DNA of 64,000 bases from a virus. Lineage: Duplodnaviria; Caudoviricetes. The notes under the pieces were generated by a model, which was not told the origin of the DNA, ran no database searches, and worked only from the letters and a program-made list of their open reading frames with translations. Both the position numbers and the translations under genes were made by a program. Positions 62,036-64,000 of this stretch are shown in pieces (positions within the stretch are counted from its first letter, which is position 1; the number at the start of each line of letters is the position of its first letter). Where the stretch lies: positions 1,083-65,082 of IMG/VR virus record IMGVR_UViG_3300047157_000138. One strand, given 5' to 3'.

Positions 62036-62470
62036 GACTTTTATAGGCTCGGTACAGTAATATATAAAGACGAGCACAGAAGCTCAACTAGTGCAGCGAA
62101 ACGAGCTTTTATACATAAACACTACACCTTTAGTTGCACCTACAGAAACTGCATACCCAATATATTTGTATGAGGATAATCACAAATTGTATGTGTATCC
62201 TCAAGACTATTAGCATCGGATGTAACCATGTAAGTTATTTAAGAAAACCTTTGGATGTAATTTGGAATTTTACTAATTCCTTCAGGGCCAAAACTATTAT
62301 CAGTATAACCCTACTAATTCCACGTTGACTTTGAATTATCAAAAACAGAACAGACTAATATTATACTAAAAATATTACTTTACTCTGGTAGTTGTAATAA
62401 GAGACCCTTCAAATAATTAATGTAGCCTGCTCAACAAGTTCAACAAGAAGTTCAACGCTCAACATTATAA
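62036..62470 (+). CDS. C-terminal half of a neck/ring structural protein (N-terminal part missing)
   Basis: FYRLGTVIY, YLRKPLDV.W, DFELS..EQT..I.KILLYSG read across indels; no start codon of its own. Confidence 0.5.
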
Positions 62471-62473
62471 GAT

Positions 62474-63693
62474 ATGCCTATACCTAATGGAGGTTTAATA
62501 ACCGAAACTAATGAACAATATTACGCTGGTGCCCAGCGATTCTTATCTGATGGGAGCGGAAAAGTAACTACTACATTTAACACAGATTTAGTATTTTCTA
62601 CTTCAAATACAGCGTTGCCAGAATATGCATTAAATAATTTTCAAATTTACACTAGTGCTAATAACGCTCCAGGAAGTTATACTGAGTACTCTGGAACTTA
62701 TAACGTTGTAAATAACCAAATAACCTTTACATCAGCACCTGCCGCTAATACGTATATAGTAGTACAGTTGAAATCTTTAGACGGCGGTAACTTTGGCAAC
62801 AAGCAAGCTATAGGAACAGCTGTTCAAGAAAATTATGGTAGTTATGGTTATACTTCTTTAAACAATATTATAAACGGATTTATAGCTACTTATGTAGGAG
62901 AACATAAATTAATACCAGACGTAAAAAGAACAGATGTAATATTCCACGCTAAAAGAGGTTTGCAGGAATTTAGTTATGATACTTTAAGAAGTATTAAGTC
63001 CCAAGAATTGACTATACCTCCTAGCTTGAGTGTTATAATACCTCAAGACTATGTGAATTACGTTAATATATCTTATATAGATGCTTTAGGTGTTAAACAC
63101 CCTATATATCCTGCAAATAATTTGACTATATCTCCTTATGAAGTGCCAATTCAAGATGGAGACGGAGACCCTACTCAAGATTACTTTGGAGACAATTTAG
63201 AGGGCACATCCATAACGATGGAAAGATGGGCAGAGGCTAATGATAATTTGCTTAACGGAAATATTAGCGCTAGAGATTATTGGGCTTATTCAGGCTGGCT
63301 AACAGGTAACCCAATCTTAGGGGAACGATACGGAAACAACCCTCAGTACACTCAAAGAAACGGTTGGTTTAATATGAACGAAAGAGACGGGACAATAGCT
63401 TTTTCTTCTAACCTAAAGGACCGCTTAATCGTGCTAGAATATATTTCAGATGGATTAGCTTATGAATCTAGATAGTCAAGAGTTCCTAAAATGGCAGAAG
63501 AAGCTATTGTATGCTTCATATACTATATTCTTTAATATCTACTAGAATAAATCAACCAGAATATGTAGTACAAAGATTAAGAAAGAGATAAAATCGGCTA
63601 AATTAAGAAATACTAAAATAAGGTTGTCAAATATAAAACTTGATGAAATATGTTCAAGTAATGAGAGGTAAATCTAAATGGATTAAATCATAA
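62474..63693 (+). CDS. Virion neck/tail protein (full-length copy of the gene ending at 1115; indels after 63470)
   Basis: Starts MPIPNGGLITETNEQYY; same protein as 45..1115 up to GLAYE. Confidence 0.7.
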
Positions 63694-64000
63694 TTAAATG
63701 GCTCAACAAATAAAAAACACATTTCTAAAGTCTAAGATGAATAAAGATCTTGACGATAGAATATTGCCTAACGGCGAGTATAGAGATGCTCGGAATATAT
63801 CTGTTGGTAGATCCGAAGACGACGACGTGGGCGCCATTAGAAAACGTATAATAGGCAATAATCTTAGTTGCTAGGAACAGATGTTGGCAATGGGCTTACT
63901 GTAATAGGTATAAAAAGTAGCAACTCTACGGATCAAATATTTGTTTTTCTAACAGATTACACCGATCCTAACCCTTCTAGCGCCTACGGACGCTCCATCT
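62571..64000. repeat. Terminal redundancy / circular overlap, copy 2
   Basis: Matches 1-1422. Confidence 0.97.

Noticed and set aside
53400-62470. Fragmented terminase, portal and capsid genes as pseudogenes, programmed frameshifts or stop-codon recoding
   Set aside because: The breaks are scattered single-base indels that change frame, not a consistent in-frame TAG/TGA. Essential genes are hit in patches while others (8.8-kb ORF) are clean, which is typical of consensus error.
63436-63660. Diversity-generating retroelement (TR/VR pair)
   Set aside because: Differences are not restricted to adenines and are mostly synonymous, and no reverse transcriptase is present.
1-64000. Prophage or host flanking DNA
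   Set aside because: No integrase, repressor or host housekeeping context, and the sequence closes on itself. groEL/groES sit among phage late genes.
62571-64000. The 1.4-kb repeat as a biological direct terminal repeat
   Set aside because: It starts and ends inside structural genes, so it is more consistent with an assembly overlap or circular permutation, and it may extend beyond the window.

Overview
Apparently complete, circularly permuted or terminally redundant genome of a lytic tailed dsDNA phage. Unit length is about 62,570 bp; positions 62571-64000 repeat 1-1422. The host is most likely Bacteroidota (Flavobacteriia-like): starts lack SD sequences and carry A at -3, there is a signal peptide ending A-Q, and the structural genes are crAss-related/podovirus-like. 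The genome has two arms. The minus-strand early/replication arm (37.4 to 19.4 kb) has many tiny ORFs, DenV-like glycosylase, Gp88-like, 3D-domain, sigma70, ERF, exonuclease, SSB, primase-helicase, ThyA, MazG-like, endonuclease I and class II RNR, but no recognisable DNA polymerase. The plus-strand late arm (37.6 kb through the join to 19.3 kb) has tail fibres, GroEL/GroES, lysis genes, terminase, portal, capsid, tail and a 2931-aa internal virion protein. Several regions are riddled with indels that look like long-read consensus errors. Most notable unexplained signals: (1) a 10-mer RYGTATAGCA present at least 17 times, with density rising steeply towards the start of the early arm and a polarity flip around a palindromic cassette at 35.3-35.5 kb; (2) two phage-specific bipartite promoter-like classes with fixed spacing (11 early, 4 late), plus a sigma-region-2-like segment inside the giant virion protein, suggesting an injected sigma factor; (3) a roughly 450-nt highly structured non-coding region ending in a tRNA-like module; (4) a tail protein with carbohydrate-binding-like domains nested inside one another. 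All family assignments are by eye from motifs; no searches were run.
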